Shown here: positions 28,013 to 38,467 of the stretch, one piece after another
Layout of the letters: the number at the start of each line of letters is the position of its first letter
How positions within the stretch are numbered: position 1 is the stretch's first letter
Origin: Burkholderiaceae bacterium
GTDB taxonomy: Bacteria; Pseudomonadota; Gammaproteobacteria; Burkholderiales; Burkholderiaceae_E
Length of the DNA stretch: 51,101 nucleotides
Direction: 5' to 3'
Assembly (NCBI GenBank): GCA_036826495.1
Contig: DAISWF010000010.1
Location: 1 to 51,101, forward strand
The notes under the pieces: model-generated
Told to the model about the DNA's origin: nothing
Database searches by the model: none
Seen by the model: only the letters and a program-made list of their open reading frames with translations
Made by a program: the position numbers and the translations under genes

Positions 28013-28666
28013 ATGACGGTAGGCGCGGTGGTGCTGGCCGCCGGCGCCGGCTCGCGGATGGGCGGACGGCCGAAGGCGCTGCTGGAGCTCGGCGGCGTGC
28101 CGCTGGTGATGCGGCAGCTCATCGCGCTGTCGGGGGCGGGCGTCGACGAGGTCGTCGTCGTGCTCGGCCATCATGCGGACGCGGTCGAGGCGGTGGTGCG
28201 CACGTTGCCGATCTCGCTCGCCCGCAATCCGTCGCCCGACGACGGCCAGGCGTCGTCGGTGCTGTGCGGGCTGCGCGCGCTGTCGCCGTCGCTCGATGCG
28301 GTGATCGTCGCGCTGGCCGACCAGCCGCTGATCGGCGCGCAGGACGTCAGCGACCTGATCGGCTGCTTCAAGCAGCGCGGCGATGCGGCGATGGTCGTGC
28401 CGCGCGTCACCGATGCCGACGGCCGCAGCCAACCGGGCAACCCGATCGTCTTCGACGCGGCGCTGCGCGATGAATGGTTGTCGGGCACCTCCGACGGTGC
28501 CTGCCGACGCTGGCGCGAGCGCAATCCGCAACGCATCCGGTGGTTCGATACCGACAACCATCGCTATCGGGTCGATCTCGATACGCCGGAGGACCTGGCG
28601 CGGTTCACCGAGCAGACCGGCCACGTGCTGAGCTGGCCGGCGGCGCTGCGGGAAGCGGCGACATGA
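28013..28666 (+). CDS. MobA-like NTP transferase (MocA-type molybdenum cofactor cytidylyltransferase)
   Basis: Begins VVLAAGAGSRMGGRPKALLELGG and carries ALADQPLI. This fits the MCD cofactor requirement of CoxL-family enzymes. Start is uncertain: 28013, 27974 or 27938. Confidence 0.8.
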   Translation: MTVGAVVLAAGAGSRMGGRPKALLELGGVPLVMRQLIALSGAGVDEVVVVLGHHADAVEAVVRTLPISLARNPSPDDGQASSVLCGLRALSPSLDAVIVALADQPLIGAQDVSDLIGCFKQRGDAAMVVPRVTDADGRSQPGNPIVFDAALRDEWLSGTSDGACRRWRERNPQRIRWFDTDNHRYRVDLDTPEDLARFTEQTGHVLSWPAALREAAT

Positions 28667-28688
28667 GCCGCGACACGAGGTCCGCGAC

Positions 28689-29831
28689 GTGAACGCGTCC
28701 GGCGATGCCCGGCTGTTCACCGCGCGTGCGGCAGCCTGGGCATTGCTGCTCGCCGGCTGGGTCGGCATCGGCGCGCTCGGCTGGCCGCTCGCCGCCGGCG
28801 TCGGCCAGGCGTTCGGGCTGGTCGCATCGTGGCTGCTGGTATTGGGGGCGGTGGCGACGATCGCGACCCGCGACGGCCTGAGCCCGATGGCCCGCCGCGG
28901 CGTGCTGCTGGCCTGCGCTTCCGTCGCGGTCGCCGCGCTGCTGACGGTTCCGCACGGCGGCGGCCTGCCGGCACTGATCGTCGCGCTGCTCGGCTGGGCG
29001 GCGCTGACCGCGGTGGCCTCCGGCGTCGTGCGCAGCCTGCGGCAGACGCGGCCAGCGCCGCCCCGGCCGCCGATCGGTGCCGCGGCGCTCGGCGCGGTGG
29101 CTGCGGCCGCGGTGTTGGCCGATCCCGGCGATGCTTCAGCGCTGGCGCTGCGGATGATCGCGCTCGCGGTTGGCGCGGCGCTGCTGTTGTGCGGTCTGCA
29201 ACCCTCGGCCGTTGCAGATCCGCGGGGCCGGCGCTGCCGCGCGGGCCTGTTCGACTGCTCGCTGCCGGCCTGGCCCGCCGGTGCCTGGCGCGATCTGGAG
29301 CAGTGGCCGGCACTGCTCGCCGGCCTGGTGATGCTGCCTATGATGGCCTCGCTGCCGCTGATGGTCGACTGGTGCCGCGGGCAGCCGATTGCGCCGGCCG
29401 CGATGGTGGTGCTGCATCTGGCCGCGATGTTTGCGCCAGCATTGATGCTGCGGCCGCTGGCGCGATCATGGTCGGTGTGGCGATTGTCGATCGTCTGCAC
29501 CGCCAGCCTGGTGACAGGCGTCGTGCTGGCCGGCGTGCTGCCCGCGCCGGCGAACCTTTTCGCGCTCACGCTCGCTCACGGCGCCGCCTGGGGGCTCGCC
29601 TGGGTCGGCCAGCTCTGGTCGCCGGCCCGGCGCGGCGCGCAGGGCTCGTCGCCGCTGCGGGCGGCGATCGGCTATGCGGCGCTGACGCTGCTGTTCGGAT
29701 TCGCGGTCGACCGCTTCGGCATCGCCGCCGTCGTCGCGACTCATGCAGCGATCGCGCTGGCCGCCTGCGGCGCCTGGCTGGTCAGCGCGTGGCGGATCGA
29801 TCCGCACGGCGGGGCGCGGCCGGCTCCATAG
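28689..29831 (+). CDS. Hypothetical polytopic membrane protein (about 10 hydrophobic segments)
   Basis: 380 aa with GTG start. Ala/Leu/Gly/Val-rich hydrophobic stretches are separated by short Arg/Pro loops. Same strand as the MocA-like gene and 22 nt after it. No family recognised. Confidence 0.6.
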   Translation: MNASGDARLFTARAAAWALLLAGWVGIGALGWPLAAGVGQAFGLVASWLLVLGAVATIATRDGLSPMARRGVLLACASVAVAALLTVPHGGGLPALIVALLGWAALTAVASGVVRSLRQTRPAPPRPPIGAAALGAVAAAAVLADPGDASALALRMIALAVGAALLLCGLQPSAVADPRGRRCRAGLFDCSLPAWPAGAWRDLEQWPALLAGLVMLPMMASLPLMVDWCRGQPIAPAAMVVLHLAAMFAPALMLRPLARSWSVWRLSIVCTASLVTGVVLAGVLPAPANLFALTLAHGAAWGLAWVGQLWSPARRGAQGSSPLRAAIGYAALTLLFGFAVDRFGIAAVVATHAAIALAACGAWLVSAWRIDPHGGARPAP

Positions 29832-29897
29832 GAAGTCGTGAGCTGTCATCGCCCCCGTTGGGGCCTGTTCGGAGACCGGCGGGTCGTGCAGACCCTG

Positions 29898-29940
29898 GTG
29901 TGTTGTCCGGAGATACCTGGCTATCTCCGGAACAGCACAC
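29898..29940. terminator. Long imperfect hairpin between convergent genes
   Basis: Sequence is ggtgtgttgtCCGGAGATA cctggc TATCTCCGGaacagcacac. It has a 9-bp perfect core plus a bulged extension. It sits between the stops at 29831 (+) and 29949 (-). No U-tract. Confidence 0.5.
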
Positions 29941-29948
29941 TCAGCCGG

Positions 29949-31010
29949 TCAGCGGCAGTCGGTCTCCAGGAAGCGCTTGATGTGGCTGCCGTCGACCGAC
30001 TGCTGGATCTGCTGCCGGGTGATCGGCTTGTCGAATGCCTTGGCTTCATACAGCGCCTGACCGGCGACGTAGAGCTTCTCGGCCAGGCCGCCGTCGGGGT
30101 CGGTGAGCGACCAGGGCGACCTGGCCTCGACCTGGGACTCGATGCTGGGGATCAGCAACGTTTCATAGACCTCTTTCGCAACCGCGGGAGAGACATTGAG
30201 CGCCTCCTGCAGCGTGCGCGCTGCGCTGGCCGGATCACTGCGGCCGGCGGCCAGCGAAAGCGCGTGCGCCTTGATCAACCGGCAGCCGACCGAAGGGTTG
30301 GCTTCCAGGAACGCCGGGCGGATCGCCACCGTGGTTGCGCACACGCCGCCGCCGATCTGGAAATCCTTGTCGTAGGAGACGATCTTGTAGCCGGCATCGC
30401 GCAGCGCCAGATGCCAGGGCCCCCAGATGAACGTGGTGTCGATCTGCTTGCTCGACAGAGCCGTCTGCAGCAGGTTGGGCGCCAGGTTCGAACTGTTGAT
30501 CGCACTGCGCGGGACGCCGGCCGCCTTGGCGGCCAGCACCATCGACACTTCGGCGCAGGTGGCGGTAGGTACGCCGACGTTCTTCGATTTCGCGATGTCG
30601 CGCCAGCCGGTGATGCCGCTTTCGGGATGCACCACCATCGCCATCTGGCTGGACGAATCGAGCGGCACCAGCACGAACTTCAGCGGGATGTTCTGGCCGA
30701 GCATGAACAGCGTGGCAAGACCGGTCCAGGCGACGTCCAGGCTTCCGTTCTTCATTCCCGCGATCAGCGGAGCGCCCGTCTGGAAGCTGAAGAACTTCGG
30801 CTCGAGACCGACGGCTTCGAAGAACTTCCGCTCACGCGCCACGTAAGCCGGCCAGTAGTTGGTGATCGGCAGGCCGATGTTGACCGGGATCGGTTTGGCG
30901 GGCGAAGCCGCCTGCTGCGCGGCGGCGGGGGTCGGCAGGGTGGCGGCGAACAGCGTCAGCGCGGTGCCGAACAGCATGGACGCGACGGACGGAAGCACGG
31001 GGCGGGGCAT
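29949..31010 (-). CDS. ABC transporter substrate-binding protein (NMT1/THI5-like), third paralogue
   Basis: Start set at MPRPVLPSVASMLFGTALTLFAATLPTPAAAQ (signal peptide), with SD gaggag upstream. The track ORF has a 137-aa spurious extension. Confidence 0.88.
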   Translation of the reverse strand: MPRPVLPSVASMLFGTALTLFAATLPTPAAAQQAASPAKPIPVNIGLPITNYWPAYVARERKFFEAVGLEPKFFSFQTGAPLIAGMKNGSLDVAWTGLATLFMLGQNIPLKFVLVPLDSSSQMAMVVHPESGITGWRDIAKSKNVGVPTATCAEVSMVLAAKAAGVPRSAINSSNLAPNLLQTALSSKQIDTTFIWGPWHLALRDAGYKIVSYDKDFQIGGGVCATTVAIRPAFLEANPSVGCRLIKAHALSLAAGRSDPASAARTLQEALNVSPAVAKEVYETLLIPSIESQVEARSPWSLTDPDGGLAEKLYVAGQALYEAKAFDKPITRQQIQQSVDGSHIKRFLETDCR

Positions 31011-31066
31011 GGTGGATCTCCTCGGTGGGGTGGTCGTCGTGCACATGCCGCAGCCCGCCCGCGCGT

Positions 31067-31852
31067 TCAACGCGGTTTGTGAAGGTCGTCGAGCACGACG
31101 CTCAACTGGTAGACGTCGGGCCGCAGCAAATGGGTGGTCGTCTCGACCGGCGTACCGTTCGCATCGCGTGTGATGCGATCGAGCACCAGCAGGTAGGCGC
31201 TCTGCGAGATCTCCAGCGCCTGAGCGCTGGCCGGCGAAGGTTGACGGCACGAGACGAGGAACTGCGCTTGCCGCAGTTCGAGTTTCAGCTTCTTCTTCAG
31301 CAGTTCGTAGATCGGCCGGCGGTCGACGTCCTCGCGGGTGATGCGGCGGCCGATGTCGTGCGGCACGGTGATCCGCGTGATCGCATGCGGCACCCCGCGC
31401 AGCAGGTAGCGGCGCTCGTAGCACAGCACCGGCCGCTGCCAGGCCTGCAGTTCGGCGGGCAGGTCGGGCTCGTCGATCCAGTCGAAGCGGGTGACTTCGA
31501 CGCGGACGTCCTCGCCGAACTGCCGGAAGGTTTCCAGGAACGGCGCCAGCCGGTCGATCGAGTGCACGATCCGCGGCAGCGGCCGCGCAACGAAGGTGCC
31601 CTTGCCCTGTCGGCGCACGAGCAGCCCTTCGGCGACCAGCCGGTCCAGCGCCTTGCGCACCGTCGATCGGCTGACGCCGTACTGGCGCGTGAGGAACTCT
31701 TCCGTGGGCGCTTGGTCGCCGGGGGCGAGCTCGCCCCCGAGATGTTCACGAAGGCGGTCCAGGATCTGTTCGTACAGCGAATGGGCGCTGTCCCGCTCGA
31801 GAGAGGGCCCGGAGCGGCGCGCGCGACTGTTGGATATGCGTGGCGTGTTCAT
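31067..31852 (-). CDS. GntR-family regulator, HutC subfamily
   Basis: 261 aa. HTH is APTEEFLTRQYGVSRSTVRKALDRLVAEGLLVRRQGKGTFV, followed by a UTRA-like C-terminus. Divergent from the 15-gene operon. Confidence 0.9.
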   Translation of the reverse strand: MNTPRISNSRARRSGPSLERDSAHSLYEQILDRLREHLGGELAPGDQAPTEEFLTRQYGVSRSTVRKALDRLVAEGLLVRRQGKGTFVARPLPRIVHSIDRLAPFLETFRQFGEDVRVEVTRFDWIDEPDLPAELQAWQRPVLCYERRYLLRGVPHAITRITVPHDIGRRITREDVDRRPIYELLKKKLKLELRQAQFLVSCRQPSPASAQALEISQSAYLLVLDRITRDANGTPVETTTHLLRPDVYQLSVVLDDLHKPR

Positions 31853-31885
31853 GCGCCGAGGGTATCAAGGGGCTTGCGGCTGTTT

Positions 31886-31958
31886 TTAATTGTATGCTAT
31901 TGTCTGCGTATGATACAAGTCAATTAGAGACCGGCTCCGTAGTCGGACGCCGTAGTCG
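31886..31958. promoter_or_regulatory. AT-rich divergent promoter/operator region plus a 9-bp direct repeat in the leader
   Basis: Inverted repeat is TTGTAT (31890-31895) / ATACAA (31913-31918). The perfect palindrome GTATGATAC (31908-31916) contains the -10-like TATGAT. On the minus strand, TTGTAT, an 18-nt spacer and TACAAT could serve the GntR gene. CCGTAGTCG occurs twice (31937-31945 and 31950-31958). Confidence 0.45.
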
Positions 31959-31978
31959 AACCCCATCAGGGAACCTTC

Positions 31979-32803
31979 GTGTCACCCGTCACCACGACTC
32001 TCTCGCCCGCCGGCAGCCTGCAGCCGCGGCGCCGCAAGCCCTGGCCCAATGCGGCGATCGCCGCCGTCTCACTGGTCCTGATTGCGACGCTGTGGACGGT
32101 GGTGTCCACCTCCGGCTGGCTGCCGCAGGGCTATCTGCCGTCGCCGCAGGAGCTGTTCGCCGAACTGATGACGCTGGCCACGGTCGGTTACAAGGGCACG
32201 TCGCTGTGGATGCACATCGGCATCAGCCTGTTCCGCACGCTGACCGGCTTCATGCTCGGCATCGCGCTGGGCATTCCACTGGGCCTGCTGACCGGCTACA
32301 ACCGCGTGGCCGGCGCCGCCGTCTCGCCGGTCATGGCCTTCATCCGCCCCATTCCGCCGATCGCCTTCATTCCGATGGTGGTGCTGTATTTCGGTCTGGG
32401 CGAGACCGGCAAGGTGGTGCTGATCTTCTGGACCGCATTCAACTACGTGCACGTCAACGCGCATGCCGGCGCGGCCGGCGTGCCGATCTCCTACCTGCGC
32501 GCCGCGAAGTCGATCGGGCTGACCGACCGTCAGACGTTCTTTCGCGTGGTGCTGCCGGCGGCGATACCGCAGATCTTCACCGGCCTGAAGGTCGGCATGG
32601 CACTCGCGTGGGCGGTGGTGGTGGCCGCCGAACTGACGGGGGCGCAGTCGGGGCTCGGCTACATGATCGCCGATGCGGCACTGACCTTCCGGATCGCGGC
32701 CGTCTTCATCGGCATCGCCCTGATCGGGCTGATCGGGCTGGCCTTGAACATCGCGCTGAACTTCCTGGAAGCGCGGGTGGTGCACTGGAGGGGGCGCACG
32801 TGA
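31979..32803 (+). CDS. ABC transporter permease, NitT/TauT family
   Basis: 274 aa with GTG start. Close paralogue of 16455-17264; shared blocks include FIRPIPPIAFIPM, VLYFGLGETGKVVLI and VVVAAEL. Confidence 0.9.
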   Translation: MSPVTTTLSPAGSLQPRRRKPWPNAAIAAVSLVLIATLWTVVSTSGWLPQGYLPSPQELFAELMTLATVGYKGTSLWMHIGISLFRTLTGFMLGIALGIPLGLLTGYNRVAGAAVSPVMAFIRPIPPIAFIPMVVLYFGLGETGKVVLIFWTAFNYVHVNAHAGAAGVPISYLRAAKSIGLTDRQTFFRVVLPAAIPQIFTGLKVGMALAWAVVVAAELTGAQSGLGYMIADAALTFRIAAVFIGIALIGLIGLALNIALNFLEARVVHWRGRT

Positions 32804-33465
32804 TCGACAAGCGCTGTCAGTCCGCCGCCCGGGCGGTAGCCTGCATCCGTCCGGGCATGACGGTGGCCGTGGGCGGCTTCGGCGACATCGGCGTGCCGCT
32901 CGCGCTGTGCGCCGCGCTCGCCGAGCACGACGTGCACGGACTCACCATCGTTTCGAACAACGCCGGCACCGCCGAGAACGGGCTGGCACTGCTGTTCAAG
33001 CAGCACCGCGTGGCCCGGCTGATCGCATCGTTTCCGTCGCAGCCCGGCGCCGACCACTTTCTGCGCGCCTGGCGTGAACGCGAGGTGGAGGTGGAACTGG
33101 TGCCGCAGGGCACGCTGGCCGAGCGGCTGCGCGCCGGCGGCTCGGGCCTGGCCGGCTTCTTCACCCCCACCGGATACGGAACCGAGCTGACCACCGGCAA
33201 GGAGACGCGATTCGTCGACGGCACCGGCTACGTCTACGAGCAGGCGTTGAAAGTCGACGTCGCTCTGGTCAAGGCGGAGCTGGCCGATCGCCTGGGCAAT
33301 CTGCGCTACCGGCTGGCCAGCCGCAATTTCAACCCGGTGATGGCGATGGCCGCCCGGCACACGATCGCGCAGGTGGGCCGGCTGGTCGAGCCCGGCGGCA
33401 TCGACCCGGACGACGTGCACACGCCCGGTGTGTATGTCGACGCCGTCGTGGAGCAGCGAGCATGA
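32800..33465 (+). CDS. 3-oxoacid CoA-transferase subunit A
   Basis: 221 aa from GTG 32800, with a GTGA overlap with the permease stop. Blocks include GMTVAVGGFGDIGVP, LTIVSNNAG, ELVPQGTLAERLRAGG and NFNPVMAMAA. Confidence 0.9.
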   Translation: MIDKRCQSAARAVACIRPGMTVAVGGFGDIGVPLALCAALAEHDVHGLTIVSNNAGTAENGLALLFKQHRVARLIASFPSQPGADHFLRAWREREVEVELVPQGTLAERLRAGGSGLAGFFTPTGYGTELTTGKETRFVDGTGYVYEQALKVDVALVKAELADRLGNLRYRLASRNFNPVMAMAARHTIAQVGRLVEPGGIDPDDVHTPGVYVDAVVEQRA

Positions 33466-34112
33466 GCGGAAGCACCGGCTGGAGCGACGACGAGCTCGCG
33501 CGCCGGGTCGCGCTGGACTTTCCCGACGGCGCCTGCGTGAACCTGGGCATCGGCCTGCCCACGCGGGTGGCGCGGCACGTGCCGGCCGACCGCGAGGTGC
33601 TGTTCCACAGCGAGAACGGCCTGGTCGGCATGGGTCCCGAACCGGCGCCCGGACGGGAGGATCCGGACATCGTCAATGCCGGCAAGAAGCCGGTAACGCT
33701 GGTTCGCGGCGCGGCGATCGTCCATCAGGCCGATTCGTTCTCGCTGATCCGCGGCGGGCGGCTGTGGGCCACGGTGCTGGGCGGCCTGCAGGTCGCCGAG
33801 AACGGCGATCTGGCGAACTGGAAGGTGCCGGGTACGCCCGGCGTCGGCGGCGTCGGCGGCGCGATGGATCTGGCGGCCGGCGCCCGGCGGGTCATCGTGA
33901 TGATGCGCCACACCGACAAGCAGGGCGCGCCCAAGCTCGTGCGGCGCTGCACTTTCCCTCTGACGGCGACCCGTTGCGTGACATCCGTGTTCACCGAGCT
34001 CGCAGTGATCGATCTGCGCGACGGGCACTTCGTCGTGCGCGAGGCGGCTCCCGGCGTCACGCGTGACCACCTGGCCGCGGCCACCGGGGCAGCGCTGCAC
34101 TTCAACGACTGA
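33462..34112 (+). CDS. 3-oxoacid CoA-transferase subunit B
   Basis: 216 aa with an ATGA overlap. Has NLGIGLPT, the catalytic-Glu motif SENG in FHSENGLVGMG, and GGAMDL. Confidence 0.9.
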   Translation: MSGSTGWSDDELARRVALDFPDGACVNLGIGLPTRVARHVPADREVLFHSENGLVGMGPEPAPGREDPDIVNAGKKPVTLVRGAAIVHQADSFSLIRGGRLWATVLGGLQVAENGDLANWKVPGTPGVGGVGGAMDLAAGARRVIVMMRHTDKQGAPKLVRRCTFPLTATRCVTSVFTELAVIDLRDGHFVVREAAPGVTRDHLAAATGAALHFND

Positions 34113-34134
34113 ACCAACCTCGAAAGGACCCGAG

Positions 34135-34908
34135 TTGAAACGATTCGACAATCAGGTGGTGATCGTCACCGGCGGCGGTGGCGGAATGGGGCTGGCGTTC
34201 TGCACGGCATTCGCTCGCGAAGGTGCGCGGGTGATCGCGGTCGACCGGCACGAGGCGGCCGTTCGCGCGACCTGCGACGCGATGGCGCGCGAGGATCTGC
34301 GCGGCGAGCCGCTGGCGCTGGACGTCGCCGACGAGCAGTCGGTCCGCCAGGCGTTCCAGGCCATCGCCGCGCGCCATGGCCGGATCGACGTGCTGGTCAA
34401 CGGCGCCGGCATCCGGCCGGTGGCCGACCTGCTCGACCAGTCGGCGGCCGAGTTCGACGCCTGCATGCGGGTCAACGGCACAGGCGTGTTCCTGTGCGCG
34501 CGCGAGGCGGCGCGCCACATGCTGCCGGCCGGGCGCGGCGCAATCGTCAACATCGCATCGGTCAACGGCATGCGCGCGGTCACCGGCATGGGCGCCTACT
34601 GCGCATCGAAGGCGGCGGTGATCTCGCTGACGCAGACGATGGCCAGCGAGTGGGGGCCGCGCGGCGTGCGCGTGAACGCGATCCTGCCGGCGCAGGTGGA
34701 GACGCCGATGATCGCCGAGCAGGTGGGTGCCGAGCGCCGGCGCCGAGAGGAGCGCATTCCGCTCGGGCGCTACGGCAAGCCGGCCGAGATCGCCGCCGGG
34801 GCGATGTTTCTCGCATCCGACGCCGCGTCGTTCATCAACGGGCATCCGCTCGCGCTGGACGGCGGCTACCTGGCGTTCGGCTTCCGCCCGCAGGTGGTGC
34901 CGCAATGA
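34135..34908 (+). CDS. Short-chain dehydrogenase/reductase (SDR)
   Basis: TTG start at 34135 follows gaaagga; the in-frame ATG at 34063 would overlap the previous gene by 50 nt. Motifs are TGGGGGMG, NGAG, catalytic YCASKAA, and the PG-like ILPAQVETPM. Confidence 0.88.
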   Translation: MKRFDNQVVIVTGGGGGMGLAFCTAFAREGARVIAVDRHEAAVRATCDAMAREDLRGEPLALDVADEQSVRQAFQAIAARHGRIDVLVNGAGIRPVADLLDQSAAEFDACMRVNGTGVFLCAREAARHMLPAGRGAIVNIASVNGMRAVTGMGAYCASKAAVISLTQTMASEWGPRGVRVNAILPAQVETPMIAEQVGAERRRREERIPLGRYGKPAEIAAGAMFLASDAASFINGHPLALDGGYLAFGFRPQVVPQ

Positions 34909-35534
34909 ACGCGCGCGACGAGAGCATCACGTTCGCGGAGGTCGAGGAGATCCTGCGCATCATCGATCAGTTCCCGGCCGCCGAGGTGACGTACCAGCGC
35001 GGTGACCTGAAGCTGCACGTCCGCCGGGCTGGGGCAGGTGTCGCGAGCCCCGCGCCGGCGGCCGGCGCCGTGATTGCCGGCGGGACGCAGGCTGCCGGCG
35101 CCGCACAGGCGGGTGCCGCGCAGGCGGGTGGCTTGCAGACAGGTGGCACGCAAACGGGAGGCATGCAGGCAGCCGGTACCGCGCAGGACGCCGGCGCCGC
35201 GCCGGCGATCGCCGCCCCGGCCGGCGCGGCCGGCATGACTGCCGCCGCCGCCGCGACGCACGGCGGCCCCGCCGATCGCGACGGCCTGGCCGCCGTCGTG
35301 TCGCCGCTGATGGGCGCCTTCTATGCGGCGCCGGCGCCGGATGCGCCGCCGTTCGTCGAGGTCGGCCGGCGCGTCGTTCCTGGCGACGACCTCTGCATCA
35401 TCGAAGTGATGAAGGTGATGAACCTGATCAAGGCCGAAGTGGCCGGAGTCGTCATAGCGGTCGAGGCGGTCAACGCGGCGATCGTCGAACGCGGCCAGCC
35501 GCTGATGTGGATCCGGCCGGAGGTGGCGCCATGA
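34905..35534 (+). CDS. Biotin carboxyl carrier protein (free-standing BCCP)
   Basis: 209 aa with an ATGA overlap. The biotinyl domain is GDDLCIIEVMKVMNLIKAEVAGVV, with the Lys in the V-M-K-V context. The N-terminal segment is ITFAEVEEILRIID. The linker is long and rich in G/A/Q. Confidence 0.85.
   Translation: MNARDESITFAEVEEILRIIDQFPAAEVTYQRGDLKLHVRRAGAGVASPAPAAGAVIAGGTQAAGAAQAGAAQAGGLQTGGTQTGGMQAAGTAQDAGAAPAIAAPAGAAGMTAAAAATHGGPADRDGLAAVVSPLMGAFYAAPAPDAPPFVEVGRRVVPGDDLCIIEVMKVMNLIKAEVAGVVIAVEAVNAAIVERGQPLMWIRPEVAP
35100..35174 (+). repeat. Five tandem 15-nt units encoding xxQxG pentapeptide repeats in the BCCP linker
   Basis: Units are gccgcacaggcgggt | gccgcgcaggcgggt | ggcttgcagacaggt | ggcacgcaaacggga | ggcatgcaggcagcc. 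They encode AAQAG AAQAG GLQTG GTQTG GMQAA. Confidence 0.8.
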
Positions 35535-36685
35535 CCGGCCGCCACGACCCGGCGGCCGCGCTGGTCGGCGCGGCCGAGTCCGATCTGGGGGCGGTGCCCG
35601 ATCGCACCGCGGCCGAACTGGCGGTGCAGGCCTCGCTGGCGGCGCTGGACGATGCCGGCCTGTCGCTGGCCGATGTCGACGGCCTGTTCACCGCCAATCT
35701 GTCGCGGTTCTCGGTGACACAGCTCGCCGAACAGCTCGCGATCCAGCCGGCGGTGCTGGACTGCACGATGACCGGCGGCTCGTCGTTCGAGATGCACGTC
35801 GCGCATGCGGTGTCGGCCATCCGTGCCGGGCTGTGCGAGGTGGCGCTGATCGCCTACGGCAGCGTGCAGCGGTCGCGCAAGGCGCGCAATCTGCAGGGGT
35901 TCTCCGAGAACGGCACGTCGGCCGCGCTGTACGAGAACTGCTACGCGCCGCTGTTTCCGCTGTCGTTCTACGCGCTGGTTGCCCAGCGATACATGCACGA
36001 GACCGGCGCCACCGGCGAGGACCTGGCGCGGGTGGCGGTCGCGGCGCGGCAGTGGGCGGCGCTGAATCCCAAGGCGTTCAAGCGCGAGCCGCTGACGCTG
36101 GCCGACGTGATGGCCTCGCCGATGGTCAGCTCGCCGCTGCGCGGGCTGGACTGCTGCCTGGTCACCGACGGCGGCGGCGCGGTGGTGGTCGCCAGCGCAG
36201 CGCGCGCGAAGTCGCTGAAGAAGAAGCCGGTCTGGGTGCTCGGCCACGGCGAAGCCACGACGCACGACGCGATGTCGCAGGCGCCGGACCTGCTGCGCCA
36301 CGGATCGGCCGATTCGGCGAGCCGCGCCTACGCGATGGCCGGCGTGACGCCCGCGGACGTCGACGTCACGCAGATCTACGACGCATTCACGATCAACGTG
36401 CTGGTCGGGCTGGAGAACCTGGGTTTCTGCGGGCCGGGCGAGGCGCGTCACTTCATCGCCGAGCGCGGCATCGGGCCCGGCGGCCGCTTCGCGCTCAACA
36501 CCACCGGGGGCGGACTGTCGTACTGCCATCCCGGCATGTTCGGCGTGTTCCTGCTGATCGAGGCCGTGCGCCAGCTTCGCGGCGAGTGCGGCGAGCGCCA
36601 GGTGCGCGACGCGCGCATCGCGCTGGCGCATGGCACCGGCGGAATCTTCAGTTCGCATGCCACCGTGATCATGGGGGTTCAATGA
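35531..36685 (+). CDS. SCP-x/nonspecific-type thiolase-like protein (DUF35-partnered)
   Basis: 384 aa from ATG 35531 with an ATGA overlap. The thiolase fold lacks the canonical biosynthetic-thiolase motifs. C-terminal blocks are NTTGGGLSYCHPGMFG and GTGG. It is followed by a DUF35 gene, as in BbsAB-type and archaeal thiolase complexes. Confidence 0.85.
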   Translation: MTGRHDPAAALVGAAESDLGAVPDRTAAELAVQASLAALDDAGLSLADVDGLFTANLSRFSVTQLAEQLAIQPAVLDCTMTGGSSFEMHVAHAVSAIRAGLCEVALIAYGSVQRSRKARNLQGFSENGTSAALYENCYAPLFPLSFYALVAQRYMHETGATGEDLARVAVAARQWAALNPKAFKREPLTLADVMASPMVSSPLRGLDCCLVTDGGGAVVVASAARAKSLKKKPVWVLGHGEATTHDAMSQAPDLLRHGSADSASRAYAMAGVTPADVDVTQIYDAFTINVLVGLENLGFCGPGEARHFIAERGIGPGGRFALNTTGGGLSYCHPGMFGVFLLIEAVRQLRGECGERQVRDARIALAHGTGGIFSSHATVIMGVQ

Positions 36686-37092
36686 TGGGCAATCCGAGGC
36701 CGCTTCCGGAAGCCGACAACGGTGCCGCCGCGTTCTGGGAGGGCGCCCGCCGTGGCGAACTGCTGGTGCAGCGCTGCGACGACTGCGGCAATCATCAACA
36801 CTACGCGCGCCCGTTCTGCGTAGCCTGCCGGGGACGCAGGCTGACGATGGTACCGGTCGGTGGCCGCGGCGTGCTGCACTCGTTCACCGTCGTGCACCGC
36901 GCACCCTTCGACGATCTGCCGGCACCGTACGTGGTCGCGCTGGTGCGGTTGCAGGAAGGGCCGACGATCCTTTCGCACCTGGTCGGCTGCGATCCGGCCG
37001 CCGCGCGGTGCGACATGCCGGTGCGCGTGGACTTCCAGCCGCTGCGCGACGGCGTGATGCTGCCGGTGTTCCGCTCGGCGGACGGAGCCTGA
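36682..37092 (+). CDS. DUF35 Zn-ribbon + OB-fold protein (thiolase partner)
   Basis: 136 aa with an ATGA overlap. The rubredoxin-like segment CDDCGNHQHYARPFCVACRG is followed by an OB-fold segment GRGVLHSFTVVH...YVVALVRLQEGP. Confidence 0.8.
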   Translation: MMGNPRPLPEADNGAAAFWEGARRGELLVQRCDDCGNHQHYARPFCVACRGRRLTMVPVGGRGVLHSFTVVHRAPFDDLPAPYVVALVRLQEGPTILSHLVGCDPAAARCDMPVRVDFQPLRDGVMLPVFRSADGA

Positions 37093-37096
37093 CGCG

Positions 37097-38463
<1,367 letters not shown>

Positions 38464-38467
<4 letters not shown>

